A stretch of 64,000 bases of DNA from the human T2T-CHM13v2.0 reference genome, Homo sapiens, in the NCBI RefSeq assembly GCF_009914755.1, contig NC_060930.1. The stretch is one strand, 5' to 3'. The stretch's first letter is position 1. The number at the start of each line of letters is the position of its first letter. The notes under the pieces are model-generated. The model was not told the origin of the DNA and ran no database searches. It saw only the letters and a program-made list of their open reading frames with translations. Made by a program: the position numbers and the translations under genes. Of the stretch, positions 11,700 to 30,640 are shown in pieces.

Positions 11700-12960
11700 C
11701 AGGCTGCTGGGGGCAGCGTCTGCGCCTGGGGATGGCGTCCCCAGACGCCGACTTCAACCCTGTCGCGCTCCTTTAGGTTCTCCTCGCCCTTCCCCGCTGC
11801 TCACCTAAAAATGCTCCCAACCCTCGGCCCCCAGGCGCAGGAGGAGAAAAAACAAGCCATCTGTGGTGAGATGGCCTGGGTGTGGGAATTGTAAGGATCG
11901 GAGCACGAAACACGCGTCCCTCTCCGCAGCTCCCAGACGGCGCAGGCGGCAGCTGGGGGCGCGGACGCGAGCCTACAGCGGGCCCGACCCGCACCGCGCG
12001 TGGGGCTGGCGCGCCGCCCTCGCCCGGCTTCCCGCAGTCCCCACGCGCGCGGCCGGCCCGCGCTTCCCCTCCTAAAACCTTCCTCCTGAAGGGCGACGCC
12101 GCGGCCGACCCCCTCCCCGCGGGGGGGATGGAGCCGGATTTTTCCCGCTGTTGCTCCACGGGGCCCGGACGCGTGACCTGAGCCCACGGCACCCCGGGGG
12201 GGACGGCGTCCTCCCCGTGCCCCCGCCTTTCCTGGCTCCGCCGGGACGCGGCCCCGGTCCCCCGGAAGAGGGAAGAGGGGGACCGCGGGGAGCAGCGAAG
12301 CCGGGATCCGGCCCGGAGCAACAGGACCCGGACCCCCGGGCAAGAATCGGGTCGGGCAGAGACCGGGAAGGAAAGGAGAGAGGGAGCCGCAGAAAATCCC
12401 AAAGCCGGGCCCCCTCTCCCCGCCCCCCATCCCGGTGGGACCGTCCCGCCACCGCTTCCTGCCCGGAATCAGCTTCCCAGCTGCAGCCAGAGGAAAAATC
12501 TGAGCCGCCCCTGCAACCCCACACTGACCAGTCGCCCGGCCCGTGCAGCCCCGCACGCCTCCTTACCCCGACGCCGTACCTCAGGAGCTCGCTCGCCGCG
12601 GGACCCGTCCCTCTTCAGTCCCAGCCGCCGGCAGCCGCGCCTGCCTCCTCCCTCCGCTAGGTTTCAAATTGAAATTCCCTGACTGGGGCCGTCAGAGGAC
12701 TCTGAGGGCCGGCCCCGCCCCCTCGCGGCGGAAGCCCCTCCCGCGACCCCGCCGGACGAGCCCCCGGCGCGGAAACCCCCGCGGGCGGTCCCGCCCCCGA
12801 CGCCCAGGCCCCGCCCCTGCGCGGGCGGGGGACCTTTCCCGCGGGATTCGGCAAGCGCGGCCGCGGAGACCCGGGGGTGGAGGACGTCTTTCGCCCTCAG
12901 GGCAGCCCGGATGACAGCTAATGCGCCTGGGCAAGGCGTTCTCAACTGCGATTCCCGGCC
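11700..12960. promoter_or_regulatory. CpG island promoter spanning the TSS, exon 1 and start of intron 1
   Basis: Very GC- and CpG-rich compared with AT-rich flanks; GC boxes (CCCGCCCC) near 12712, 12790 and 12809; no TATA box seen. Confidence 0.95.
12580..12670 (-). other. EPB41L2: Non-coding first exon (5' UTR) of a minus-strand gene, probably EPB41L2; TSS end approximate
   Basis: Minus strand reads GAAACCTAGCGGAGGGAGGAGGCAGGCGCGGCTGCCGGCGGCTGGGACTGAAGAGGGACGGGTCCCGCGGCGAGCGAGCTCCTGAG|GTACGG, ending at a GT donor inside a CpG island, with no ATG. Gene identity is recalled from the EPB41L2 mRNA 5' end. Confidence 0.7.
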
Positions 12961-12984
12961 TTAAATGTCCTCTCAACTTTTAAA

Positions 12985-13130
12985 AGTTATTTATTCAAAG
13001 TGCATTTGCTGACTAAACCTTCACTGAGCGCCTTCCTAGAGGTAAACACTGGAGCAGAGCCTGGAGATGCAGAATAAGGAAAACTGGGTCTCCCTCAGTC
13101 TAGAGTGGAAAAAGTGCTTTCACAGGAAGG
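12985..13130 (-). mobile_element. L2 3' fragment
   Basis: TTATTTATTCA...ACTGAGCGCC...CTGGAGATGCAG resembles an L2 tail. Confidence 0.5.
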
Positions 13131-13629
13131 GCATTGAAAAGGAACCATTTATTCTTCCTGTGGGAGGGACAGGAGGGGTTGGGGAAACCCCGTGGAGGAA
13201 AGGCCTCCCCAGAGTAAGTAGGATTTCTCTGGGCAGAGGCCTGGGAATCTGGATTGCAGAGCATGACCACGGGTGAAGAAGAGTCTGGAAAAAGCCTAGT
13301 TTGGGGCTAAATTGTGGAAAGCCACAAGCACACACACGCTACCCTTCTGGTTCTTTTCTTTTGTACAATGAGGTCAATATGTTTCAGATTCAATATATTT
13401 CATCTTTTGAAGGTTTGCACGTCAAGCTGGTGTCAAACAACGTGTCCAGCTCACTGCCTCCAGCATCTGCCTCACACGCACCTCTTATCCCTTTTACTCC
13501 TCCCACTTTTATTGAGGTCTTTAGTGATTCCACCACAGCCAAAGTCGTCTCCCTTTCTTTCCTAAACAGAACCTTTTCCAAAATTAACAATGTCAAATGA
13601 AACCTCAGTAACAATACCTTCCAGTTAAC

Positions 13630-13860
13630 AAAATACATTCACATATTTTATCATCATTTGATCCTCACAATCACCCTATGAAAAAGGCAGGCACGTTTGA
13701 GCTCCATTACATCAAAAAGATTTGGGAAGATAAATTATTTGCCAAGGTCCTTCTAGTAAATAATACAAATAATAATAGTTAAGGTTGATTGTGTGCTTTA
13801 TGTGCTAGGCATTGTTCTAAGTCCCTTACATGTATTAATTTAATCACAATCCCATATGCT
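13630..13860 (-). mobile_element. Two MIR fragments
   Basis: CATTTGATCCTCACAATCACCCTATGA; TATGTGCTAGGCATTGTTCTAAG. Confidence 0.7.
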
Positions 13861-14359
13861 AAGTATACAAGTTAAATTTTATAAGGTGTGCTAAAACAGA
13901 GCAGAAATCTGATTAGACAGCAATTCTGGTAAAGGAGACCTGGGAATTTAATGAGAAAATACTATTATTTTCTCATAATAAGAAATATGCAGCAGATTTA
14001 CAACGAAACTAATGAAACAAACTTCGGGATCTCTCATTTTCACAAGCCTTGAAACTAACTTTATAATTTTGTATTTCATTTTGTGTTTTTTAAAGAGTCC
14101 CTAAAGTCATATAAGCTTTTGGGCCCATAAAACATTGAACCACCCTGATGGAGCCCCCTTTAAAATGCTAGTGCAAAATAACATAAATATAGGCATAGTT
14201 AATAAAATATAATGCCCTTCTCATAAGAAAGGATATGCTTACTATACTCTGCGTTGAAGTACATGAATCACTCCTATATGCCACCTCTTAAGAAGAAATT
14301 TTTCCCTCCAAAAGAAAATATTGATAAGCTAAATTATAACCATAAATGGGTGACCTTGA

Positions 14360-14470
14360 AAATGTGGGAACCAGCAAGATTTAGCCTAAAGAGATGATTA
14401 AAGGTGATAAAAAGGTTGTCAAATGTATAAAGGCTATTGTGTGAAAGAAGAATTGAACTCTGTTTTTGGA
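14360..14470 (+). mobile_element. L3/CR1 fragment (a similar piece lies at ~7100-7230)
   Basis: TTTAGCCT...CAAATGTATAAAGGCTATTGTGTGAAAGAAG resembles the L3 3' consensus. Confidence 0.45.
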
Positions 14471-15344
14471 CACAGCCTTACATAGCCCTGGCATTTTAAT
14501 GGAATGGAACAGATTCAGTGAGGACCTAGCAGGAACTGAGGGCAGAAAAATCAAGTCCCAGAAGCTATAAGGAAGTGAAGAAAACTGATGGAAGTGGCAT
14601 CATAGAGATTTAGCAAACAACAGGTGGTAGTCCAGACAACCAGGGAAGTCTAACAAGAAGAGAAGAGGGGTTTGAACAGAAAGAAGGACAAAGTCCTGGA
14701 ATAGGTGACATCCAAAGACTCAGGCAGGCGGAAGCACTGTCAGGACTACCAGGCTGCAGTTCAAGGGCAGAATGTTAATCCCCAGGAAAACACTCTAGGT
14801 AGAACAAGATTGGGTCTTCCCGCTAGACACACTGTAGTAACAGGCAAAGGACTGACACAGAGAACAAGAGAAGAATATAGGTACTAGTCCTGAGAGCTAC
14901 CACATCCAAATTTACCATAATAGCCTCAATCCTGGGCACTATGTGCAAGCAAAGTTAGTCTGGAAGTATGGACTAGAAATGTACCCAGGACCTCCTTAGT
15001 GCCCTTACTTACCAACTCACCCCCATAGGCGTGGCCTCTGGAAGAGCTTGATCTCACTATATCCATGAGTCATCATTTTATCTTTGTGCCTTCTGTGTGC
15101 CAAGCCCAAACCAGGTTGGAGTGGCTCTGGGTTGAGGACCTGCCCTTCCTTTACGTGGTCCACAGGCAGCAAGACCTGAAAATGCCCTCTCCTACTATTT
15201 CTAAGGCATTCTCAAGCTTCATCGTGAATTCATGCAATCCCAGTTCCACTGCCACAGCAACAAACATATCACACAAATGACTGCAGGAGTCACTCTGTCA
15301 CCTGGCCAACTTTGGCTCAGTTTCAACTGGACTACAAGACCCTG

Positions 15345-15890
15345 CTTTAGTGACTTAAAACAACCATTTTATTGCTTGTGGTTCTTTGGGGCAGGAATTC
15401 AAGCAATGCTCAGCTGGGAGGCTCAACTGTGGATAAAGGATCTAAGATGGCTTCACTCACATGTCTGGCAGTTGGTGCTGCCTGTCAACTGGGGCACCTA
15501 ATTTCTCCTCCACATGGACTCTCATCCTCCAGACTCTTTCTCTCTCTCCCTCTCTCTCTGTTTCTCTCTCTCTCCCTCTGTCTCCCTTTGTTTTCTGCAC
15601 GCGCTCCCTCCCTCCATCCTCTATGTGGCCTATCTAGTAGGATAACCCAGACTTCTTTACATGACACCCAGCTTCCAAGAGAACAAAAACAAATGCTGCA
15701 AGGCCTGCAAGGGCTTTGCCCAGAAGTCACACAGCATCACTTATGCTCCATTCTGTTGGTCAAAGCAAATCAGAGGGCCAGCCGCAATTCAAGGAGAGGG
15801 GTCATAGACTTTGCTTCTTGGTAGGAGGCGTGGAATGTCTGTACAGTGAGGGGGAAAATTGTTGACAGACATCTTGTAAGCAATTCACTA
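15345..15890 (-). mobile_element. MLT1-family MaLR LTR
   Basis: TTAGTGACTTAAAACAAC...CAGCATCACTT...CCATTCTGTTGGTCAAAGCAA...ATTCAAGG. Confidence 0.8.
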
Positions 15891-16106
15891 CAGGCACCAT
15901 GTTTTTCTAGTCTGGTATTCAAGTTGGCCCTCAAGCAACTCTTTATACAGATTTTTTATCAAAAGCATCACAGGACCTCCTTTCCATCTAAGACACACCA
16001 AGTGATGTCATCTTTGGAAAAGCCACTCCCAACTATGGCTAATAACAGGTATATGCATCTCAAGCCTGCCAAACTGAGGTATTCTCTCAATTGTAGTTGG
16101 AGTTTT

Positions 16107-16107
<1 letters not shown>

Positions 16108-16143
<36 letters not shown>
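16108..16143. repeat. (CA)n microsatellite
   Basis: Seen directly. Confidence 0.97.
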
Positions 16144-16146
<3 letters not shown>

Positions 16147-16308
16147 ACTTAATTAGGCTCAATGACAGAGAAACAGGGATGGACTGGCTGATTCCCTTAA
16201 GCTGGAACAGAGTCTTCAGAGTTGCTCCTCATGACATCTCATAATCAATTGCTCCCTAGAGCTGAAAACAGAAATGGTACAGATCCAATAAAAGTCCCAG
16301 AAAAGCTA

Positions 16309-16524
<216 letters not shown>

Positions 16525-17865
16525 TCAAAAGAGAAGGCTCCAGGCTCATTCATAGACATAGTCAAAGCAAAGAGGAGACTCTGAAAAGAGCCTAAAGGGC
16601 TCTTTAGATTCCTATTTTGCAGGGAATACGCAGAAGTCCTGCTATGGAAAATGATTGAGACAGAACACCAAACTTTAATAAAAGTGGACTGGCATGTGAC
16701 CACCCCACTCCACTACATGCCTGCAGTCAGCAGACTGCCCACTTAATTAGATGTGGGGATGAGGAAGGTAAAATGACCTTTAAGCAGTGTCATTGGACTT
16801 TGCTGGACAGACAGAATTACCCCCACAATACCATAGACAACTTCTGATGTGGTGTGACAAGGCGAGCCAAATTCCTTGGGCCCACGCTGGGGAGCCTTGC
16901 CTGAGGAGCATAATTTGTAAGTGGTCTCAGCAAATGGTGGTAAAATCCATCAACAGCGACAATCAGAGCAGCAGAAGAGGCTGTTGAATTACAGTACCAG
17001 GGGGAAAATTAGAAGAGTAATCCCCTGGATTATATCCTTGAAATATTTACATAGCCCAGACTTGATTGGCTAGTTTGTAAAATAGCCCCCGGAAATAGTG
17101 GCGACAGTGGGATTGGAGCTGGAATGTTGCCGTTTCTAAGCAAATAAATTCCTCCCTTTGGAAAATGGACCATCTTAGAGAGTGGTCCTTCGTTTATTCA
17201 AAACAGATGTGTGGCGGAAGGTTGGTATTAGCAAAGTACCATTCTTCAGTTTAGTTTTGTGTGGTTTCCCAAGGCACACAAATGTGTTCTACTTATTAGA
17301 AAACACTTAGAAGGATAGGGGTTTTAAGGTTATATGTATGCTCTTACTGCTTATAATCCCACTCTCTCCAGAGGAAAACCTTCCAGGAGGGTGCAATAGC
17401 TGAGAAGAAGAACACACCCAGAAAATGAAAAAGGACGACTCAACCATAGGTTTTGCAAAGGCAGGGACTTCGCTTTCTGTACCATTGTATTTTAGTTCCA
17501 AGCACTGCAACTCATAAAGGGCTTCTTCAGTAAACATTTGTTGAAAGAGTGAACCTAATTGAAAATGAGTGAGGTACCTTCAATTTCCTACAATTTGATA
17601 GATCCGGTATTCGGAGGAAAATTCCCAGGGCATAACACCTAAAAATGATGAATGTAATTTTTTAAAGCATTTAAAAAATACATGGCTGAGCCTGGTAGAA
17701 AAGGTAAAGTAATTGTGAGAGGCTAGAATCTGTGAGGAAGAGCAAATCCCAAAAGATAAGCAGATGCTAAAGCAGGCACAGGCTCTGCACACATTGATAA
17801 GGCTGTGCCTTGTGCAAGAGCACCCAGTCAAGGTGAACAGTGAAGCGATGTTTAATCCACACTTA

Positions 17866-18114
<249 letters not shown>

Positions 18115-19420
18115 CAGAAGTCAATAGGAATACATAAGATTTTTAAAATATAATTAACAATATTGAAATAATGAACATACGTAGAAAATTTCACTCAGCA
18201 ACTCAGAATATGCATTCTTCTCAAGCATACAAGGACTCTTTATGAAAATTACATAGTAGGCTATAAAATGAGTTTCAACTAACTACCTTCCTTCTTTTCT
18301 TTTTTTAAATTTGAAACAGAGTCTCACTCTATCACCCAGGCTAGAGTGCAGTTGTGTGATCACCCAACAGTCCCCACAGTTCTTCTGGGCTCAGGTGATT
18401 CTCCCACTTCAGCCTCCCAAGTAGCTGGGACTACAGGTATGTGCCACCATACAAAGCTAATTTTTTCTTTTTTAAATATTTTATAGAGACTGGGTCTTGC
18501 TCGGTTGCCCAGGCTGGTCTTAAACTCCTGGCCTCAAGTAATCCTATACCACCTGGCTTCCCAAAGTGCTGGATTACAAGCATAAGCAACCGTGCTCAGC
18601 CAGTTTACAACTTTCAAATTTCAGGTTTAAACCGAAGCCTCAAATTTCATACAACTGATATAGTCTAGCATACCGCACACTGACTTCATTGCAATTAGGT
18701 AATGAATGAATAATAACTAAATAACTTTTAAAACTCCATTTATTTTCAGGAGGAGGGAACTTCCTAATATTTCATGGGCAGAGAAGAAAAAACGTAATAA
18801 AAATTATTAAAATGCTCAGAACAACGTAATGACATGATTAGAATGATTGTGGAATTCAGCTAAAACAGTGCTTCAAAAAAAATCATAGCCTTTGATGTAT
18901 GTAGTAAAAAGAAGGAAGGCTGAAAATTAATAAGATAATCATCCAACTTACAAAATTAGTTTGAAAAGAATATTCTCTAAGAAAGTAATAAATATAAGAA
19001 GAAATTAGTGATCTAGAAAACATTGGGAAGAGAGGATCATCACAGTCAAAATTTGGTTCTATGAAAACACTTATAAAATTAATAATCTCTGGCAAGACCA
19101 ATCTAGAAAAAAAGTAGAAAAACTAGAAAAGTGAGATGGCACAAATGAGCAATAGTAGGAATACCAAAAGGGAAAAAGAAGAAGCAGCGATTTAAAAGAT
19201 AACCCAAAAATACTATTAACTTTAAGACAAATGTGAAAGCTTAGGGAAAGGGAAAAATTCTTAGAAAAATTATAAATTGCTAAATTCAACTAAAGAAGAA
19301 ATAGAAAAGCTAAACTTTTCTGTGAACATTATTGAAATTGAATCAGAAGTTTAAAACTTCCCAAAAAGAAAGCACCAGAGTTAGGTAGTTTATAGATGAG
19401 ATCTACCAAACAGAGTCAAG
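18115..19420 (+). mobile_element. Ancient L1M ORF2 fragment, interrupted by an AluJ (-) at ~18290-18601
   Basis: Degenerate L1 endonuclease-region sequence (CAGAATATGCATTCTTCTCAAGC...; AAAATTCTTAGAAAAA). Confidence 0.7.
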
Positions 19421-19439
19421 AAACAAGAAATAACAAATT

Positions 19440-20175
19440 GTCCTTGCTCTGCTGCTATAGCACTGCATGTTCGGCCTACAGACCACTTGGCTTTTTAGGT
19501 GATAGCTTGCTAGATCATGAGAAGCTGTATCTGAAACTGAAGGAGAGGCTGCACATCTAGACCTAGAGATCATGTATTGTGAGCTAGATTACGTGACATT
19601 GTGGGACTTAGGGTTGTTTTCCTTGTGGAAAAGGTGAGTATGTTCTTTGTGTGGAAAGAAGGGGAAGCAGATGTTTCCCTACCAGAAGAAGAGATCACTG
19701 GAGACAAGGCTATGTAATCACCAAATCATATTTTCTTTTCCACTGGAGCACAAAACTGTCTATATCTCCCAGCATCCTTTGCATTTAAGTGTGGTCATGT
19801 GAGTGGGTTCTCGCCAATGGGATGTGTGTTAGAGATGATGTACGCTGTCTGTAGGCCTAGTCCCTATTAAAAAAATCTCTTGTATGATCTATCACTCTCT
19901 GTCTCTTCCTTTGTTTGTTAAATGCAGAGGACCCAGAGGAGGACTCTGAAGCCCTAGGGGATATAAGAGCCTCTAAAATGTAAGAAGCCTGGATCCCTTA
20001 ATGACTATATGGAGCAGAGTCCTCCCCCATGCCCACCCATAACCAATACTGAAGTGTGAGTAAGAAATGAGGGAGAAATAAACCCTTATATTGTCGAGCC
20101 ACTAAGATTTGAGGGGTTTTGTTTTGTTGTTGTTGTTGTTGTTTTTAACAGCAGTTAGCCTACCCCAAAAATATA
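19440..20175 (+). mobile_element. MLT1J-like MaLR LTR with probable adjacent internal fragment
   Basis: TCTCCCAGCATCCTTTGCA...TGGTCATGTGA...GAGAAATAAAC...GAGCCACTAAGATTTGAGGG. Confidence 0.7.
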
Positions 20176-21410
20176 GCAGTGCTAAACCAACTCACCTAGA
20201 AAACAGGAAAAGAGGAAACACACTCCAAGTCATTTTATAATTCCAAAACACAGGAACACTACAATGAGGAAAATCTTCAGATCAATCTCAACAACAGGGA
20301 AATATACACAACAGGGAAAATAGCTAAAATCTGAATTAAAGGTATTAGCATAATAAAGAAAGAAATGATAAATTGTGATGAAGAGTATCATGGAAATTTG
20401 ACAGAGTTGGTGGCTTTTGAGAGGAACTTCATGAGCAAGGGTGTTGAGACTTCAAAGAGGAGCTTGAGTTTGTTCCTGATTGCCTATATGCAATAAGGAA
20501 TCACTACAGATTTCCAGAAGAATTGTCTTTTATTAAATGTTTTATTCATTTATTACTGTAAATATAGCTTTCCTATAAAGTCTTACTTAAGCAAAACTTC
20601 AAAGTATAATAACTCAATTCATTAAAGTCTAAATTCAGTAAATTGAGCAAATATTTTTATCGCAATGTGCCATAAGCTAAGTAGACTTGCAAGCCGGTCC
20701 CTCCCTCCACCCCTCAAAAAAAATGAGTGCTTGGCTTGTAACTTCTTAACCCATTGCTCAATTATGTCTAAATAAAAAGAGGTTTGGTGAAATTTTTACA
20801 TTAAAAAAATTCGGTTTTTCTCTAAGAGCTTCATACATCCCTTGTGAAAGAATAATACTCATCCTGATATGTTGCTTATGTCAAGTATTTAATATTCCAA
20901 AATATCTGCCCCCCCCCACCCAAAAAAAAAGAGTGAACTAAGTAGAATCCTCCAAAAGTGGGTGGAGGTGAGCCTTTGGGATAAGTAGGGTCTGACTCTT
21001 CATGTGAGCTCAGTGGTGTCAATCACAGCTTTCTTGCCAAGTTAATAACACTCGACATTCTACCACCTGGAGTAGGAACACAGTGGGAGAATTTCAGATG
21101 CATGAGGTTTTTCCAAGAAGAAAAGTTTAAGATGTGAGAATAGGCTGGTTATGAGATCTATCAAGCAAATTCACCACCAGTCTGAACTGATCTGATCTGC
21201 CTGGTCAAACACTTTGCCTTGCTTCCTCACCAGTATTTCTTCAGATCTCCAAAAGCTCTGACCTCAACAAACAGCTTTCCCAGTTGGTTTCATTTCTAGT
21301 TCTAATATTTAAAAATAAGTTTTTGTCTGTTTTGGAAAAGGCTAACAGGCAAGAGTAGGCTCCCAAAGATAGAAGTCGTATCTAACATCTTATACCGCAA
21401 AGAAAATTAA

Positions 21411-21539
21411 CCCACTTATACCAAAGGTTGCAAATTTATTTTTTGAAAAATCAAACCTTGGCAATGACCTTGAGCAGTAGGACATAAATAACCCCCACAA
21501 GCTTAGCATCCCAATAATGGAACACTAGACATAAATGGA
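21411..21539 (-). mobile_element. MER85 (PGBD3/piggyBac-derived MITE)
   Basis: TTAA TSDs at 21407-21410 and 21540-21543; CCCATTTATGCC-type terminal inverted repeats; minus strand TAGTGTTCCATTATTGGGATGCTAAGCTTGTGGGGGTTATTTATGTCCTACTGCTCAAGGTC matches the MER85 consensus as I recall it. Confidence 0.92.
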
Positions 21540-23052
21540 TTAATTAATTAATCCAGAAGTTAGCTGAGGTTAGGGTTGGGGAAGACAAAACCTGCAGTGA
21601 AGAACTCAAACTTCCCCATGAGGAGGCGTTTATACCATGCATGCAAACATGACAGAGTGAAAGCAACATATTAATCTGTGTCTTTTTTTCAACAGCTGTA
21701 TTGTAAAGTTACAATGCATTTAACTTGTCCCTTATTGAATTATATGTAGTTAAAACTTTTTGCTCCTATAAATAATGCTTATAATAAAATTAATATTCTT
21801 GTCTAAATGTCTGTAAGTAAAATGTACAAGTATATATGTAGGATAAATTTCCAGAAGTATAACTATTGGGTGGAAGAATATTTGAAGAAATTCTTCATAT
21901 GTGTTGCCATATTTGATGACAAATTTTATGGCAAATTACCTCATAGGTCACTGGCTGGACTGTGGATTGGCTGGAAGGCTGTGGTTCAGATGTTTGGGGA
22001 TACAATATGGCTGTGCATGTACTGGGGGTGAGAGGTGAGGGTGGCAAATTTAACAAGAATATTCCTGTTCAAGGAATATCCTGGGGCCCATTCCCTCTGT
22101 AGAAACTGTAAATACTACAGGTACTGTGTTTGAATAGCTCAATATTATTAGACCCACGGGAAGATCTGGGTCTTGAATACCCTAGAACATACAAAGAGAG
22201 AACAAGGAAACAGGTTCTTTGAATGATTACATTTACTCCAGGCATAATTACTGTGCCAATGCAAAGCTACTTCAAGATGGAGATCTCTTAGGTAGGGTCA
22301 GAAAAAGAGTAGACATCTGTGTGTTTAGTCAATTTTGACTTTATTATATTTGGAAATTTGAATTTTCTAAACTTGCTTGTTTTTATGCTTTTGAATTTTT
22401 TAAATTGAGTTTTGATTTTAGTTTAGATTTATTTTTATTGCTATCTATTTTAAACATCTGCCAGAACTACAGTGAAGGAAAAAAAATAAGGGAAGATTTT
22501 GATAAAACCTAAGTAACAGGCCAAGGAAATGGAAAGCCAGTTGCTTCCAGATATAACAGAGACAACATTAGTAGAACATCAGGAGATCCAGAAAACCACA
22601 GGAGGCTGACTACTTGGCACAGTTGGGAGACAAACCTTGTAGGCCAAAGAAAGAAAATTGAAGATGATAGAGATTTCTCTTTTGCTTTCACACACAAGTT
22701 TCTTTAACCTTTAGCAAAAGATGCAATTCATTTTGTAGCTGAGGATCTTTAATTGGATGGCATTTAGAAGAAAATATAGCTAGTTATTTAATCTCATAAA
22801 TTCAATTCAGTATCTGTAATTTCTCTAAATATTTCGTAGTTTTCCACATAGACATCTTTCTTAGCTTTAATTGTACTTGTTGCTAGGTATTTGATTTTTT
22901 TCATGTTATTATAAATAGTATCATTTTGTACATTTTGTTTTTTAAGTAATTTATATATTAAATGGAAATGCAATTGATATTAGTATGTGTGCTTTGTATC
23001 CTGTGATCTTAATAAATCTACTTTTAATTCTAACAGTTATTCTGTAGACTCT

Positions 23053-23430
23053 TGATATGGTTTTGGCTTTGTGTCCCCACCCAAATCTCATCTTAAATTA
23101 TAATCCTCAAAATCCCCACATGTCAAGTGCGGGACCTGGTTAGAAGTGACTGGATCATGGGGTGGTTTCCCCCTGCTGTTCTTGTGATAGTGAGTCAGTT
23201 CTCACAAGATCTGATGGTTTTATAGGTGTTTGACATTTCCTCCTACACACGCTCATGCTGTCTCTCTCCTGCCACCATGTAAAACATGCTTGCTTCCCCT
23301 TCTGCCATGATTGTAAGTTCCCTCAGGCCTCCCCAGCCAAGTGGAACTGTGAGTCAATTAAAACTCTTTCCTTTATAAATTACCCAGTGTCAGATATCTC
23401 TTTATAGCAGTGTGAGAACAGACTAATACA
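23053..23430 (+). mobile_element. THE1-family solo LTR
   Basis: TGATATGGTTT...ACTAATACA with 5-bp TSD ACTCT. Confidence 0.92.
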
Positions 23431-23454
23431 ACTCTTTAGAATTTTCAGTGTACA

Positions 23455-24650
<1,196 letters not shown>

Positions 24651-25094
24651 GTACTACCCACATTTTATTTTCAAATAATAGTTTTATTTCATTCTTCTCA
24701 TTTTCTTCTTTATTCCTTATTCTTCACTTACTATACTAGCTGGGACAATGTTGAATAGAACTAATGACAATGTGGCTCTATATCTCATTCCTAGTTTCAA
24801 GGAGAATATTTCATTCATTATTAAGTACAATGCCTATGTTTAGCTTTAGCTTTTTGGGTAAATACCTTTTATCAAACTAAGAATGTTTATTTCTAGTCCT
24901 AAATTATGAAGAGTTCTCTTCTTTTTCTTTTTTTTTTAAAATAATGAGCAGCTGTTAAATTTAATCAAATGAGTTTTTTTCCTCTGAATCTATTAAGATG
25001 ATCATATATGATTTCTTTCCTTTATGAAGTGAATTACATTAATTGATTTTCAAATGTTAAGTCAACTTTGTGCTCCTATAATAAATTCAGTTTA

Positions 25095-25417
<323 letters not shown>

Positions 25418-25863
25418 TTACCTTTGTACACACTGCTATATTCAATTTGTTAATACTGTATTTAGAATTTTTGCATTTTCATTCATGAGAGATATTGAAC
25501 TGTAATATTTCCTCTTTAGTAATGTCCTTAATTAAATTTTGGTACCAAGGTGATGTTAGCCTTATTAAGTTGCAAAGTTTACATTCATTTTCTATTTTCT
25601 GAAAGGGTTCTTATAAGATTGGTGTTATTTTTTCTTAAGTGTATAATAATTTACCAATAAAGACATATAGTCTCAGAAAATTTTGTGGAAAGGTTTTTAA
25701 TTACAGGGCTTTTTAAATCAAAAAAGGTTTTGGTAAGTTGCGTTTTTAAAGGAATCAAAATTTCTTCTGAATTTTCAAATGTATTGGCATAAATTGTTCA
25801 TGTTTTTATTAGCCTTTTAATGTCAAAAGGATCTGTAGTGCTGTCTCTTTATTTCTGACCTAG

Positions 25864-26808
<945 letters not shown>

Positions 26809-27054
26809 GGTGTTTTTTTTTGTTTTAATCTAATTGGTATCTGCCCTTATTCTTCTTATTTCTTTCATTTGTTGTTCTTCTAAAATCTTAAAAAAGCTAC
26901 TTAGATTATTGATTTTTCAGTATTTCTTTTTTCCTTATATATGCATTTATGGCTATAAAATTCTTAACCTTTCATGCATTTTGATATTATATTTTTGCTT
27001 TCGTTCAGTTAAAAATATTCTTTTGGTTCAAAATCTGGGTGTATTTGGCACTAT

Positions 27055-29387
<2,333 letters not shown>

Positions 29388-29536
29388 TTAAAATATTAAA
29401 TCCATTTAAAAACAATGCAGATCCTAACCTTAACATTAGGTTTGATAGGATTGGCCTATCTCATTAACTCCAATCTGTTAATTACTGTTACCTAAGTAAT
29501 TACCAACTTTTATTTTCATTTCTGAAAAATTTTTTT

Positions 29537-29931
<395 letters not shown>

Positions 29932-30157
29932 TATTTAATGTTTTTCAACAGCAGTTTCACTTTGTATTCAGGGAGATCAATGATGGACTTTAAAATAAAT
30001 ATGTTGTAGAAATGTCCATCTCCAATGTATGTATTCTTTAATTTTCAACATAACAATGTGAATGGGATATGATTGTTCTTGTGAGTAGTTGAGGAATTAC
30101 AGCAATAACATAATTATGTTTTTGTACATATGCACATGTGAAGAAATATATTTCTCA

Positions 30158-30640
<483 letters not shown>

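Noticed and set aside
11682-12976. Long overlapping ORFs (up to 251 aa) on both strands
   Set aside because: Low-complexity Pro/Gly/Arg/Ala translations expected from stop-poor CpG-island DNA; no recognisable domain
21411-21539. snoRNA/scaRNA-like (U109-type) interpretation
   Set aside because: TTAA TSDs and terminal inverted repeats identify it as MER85
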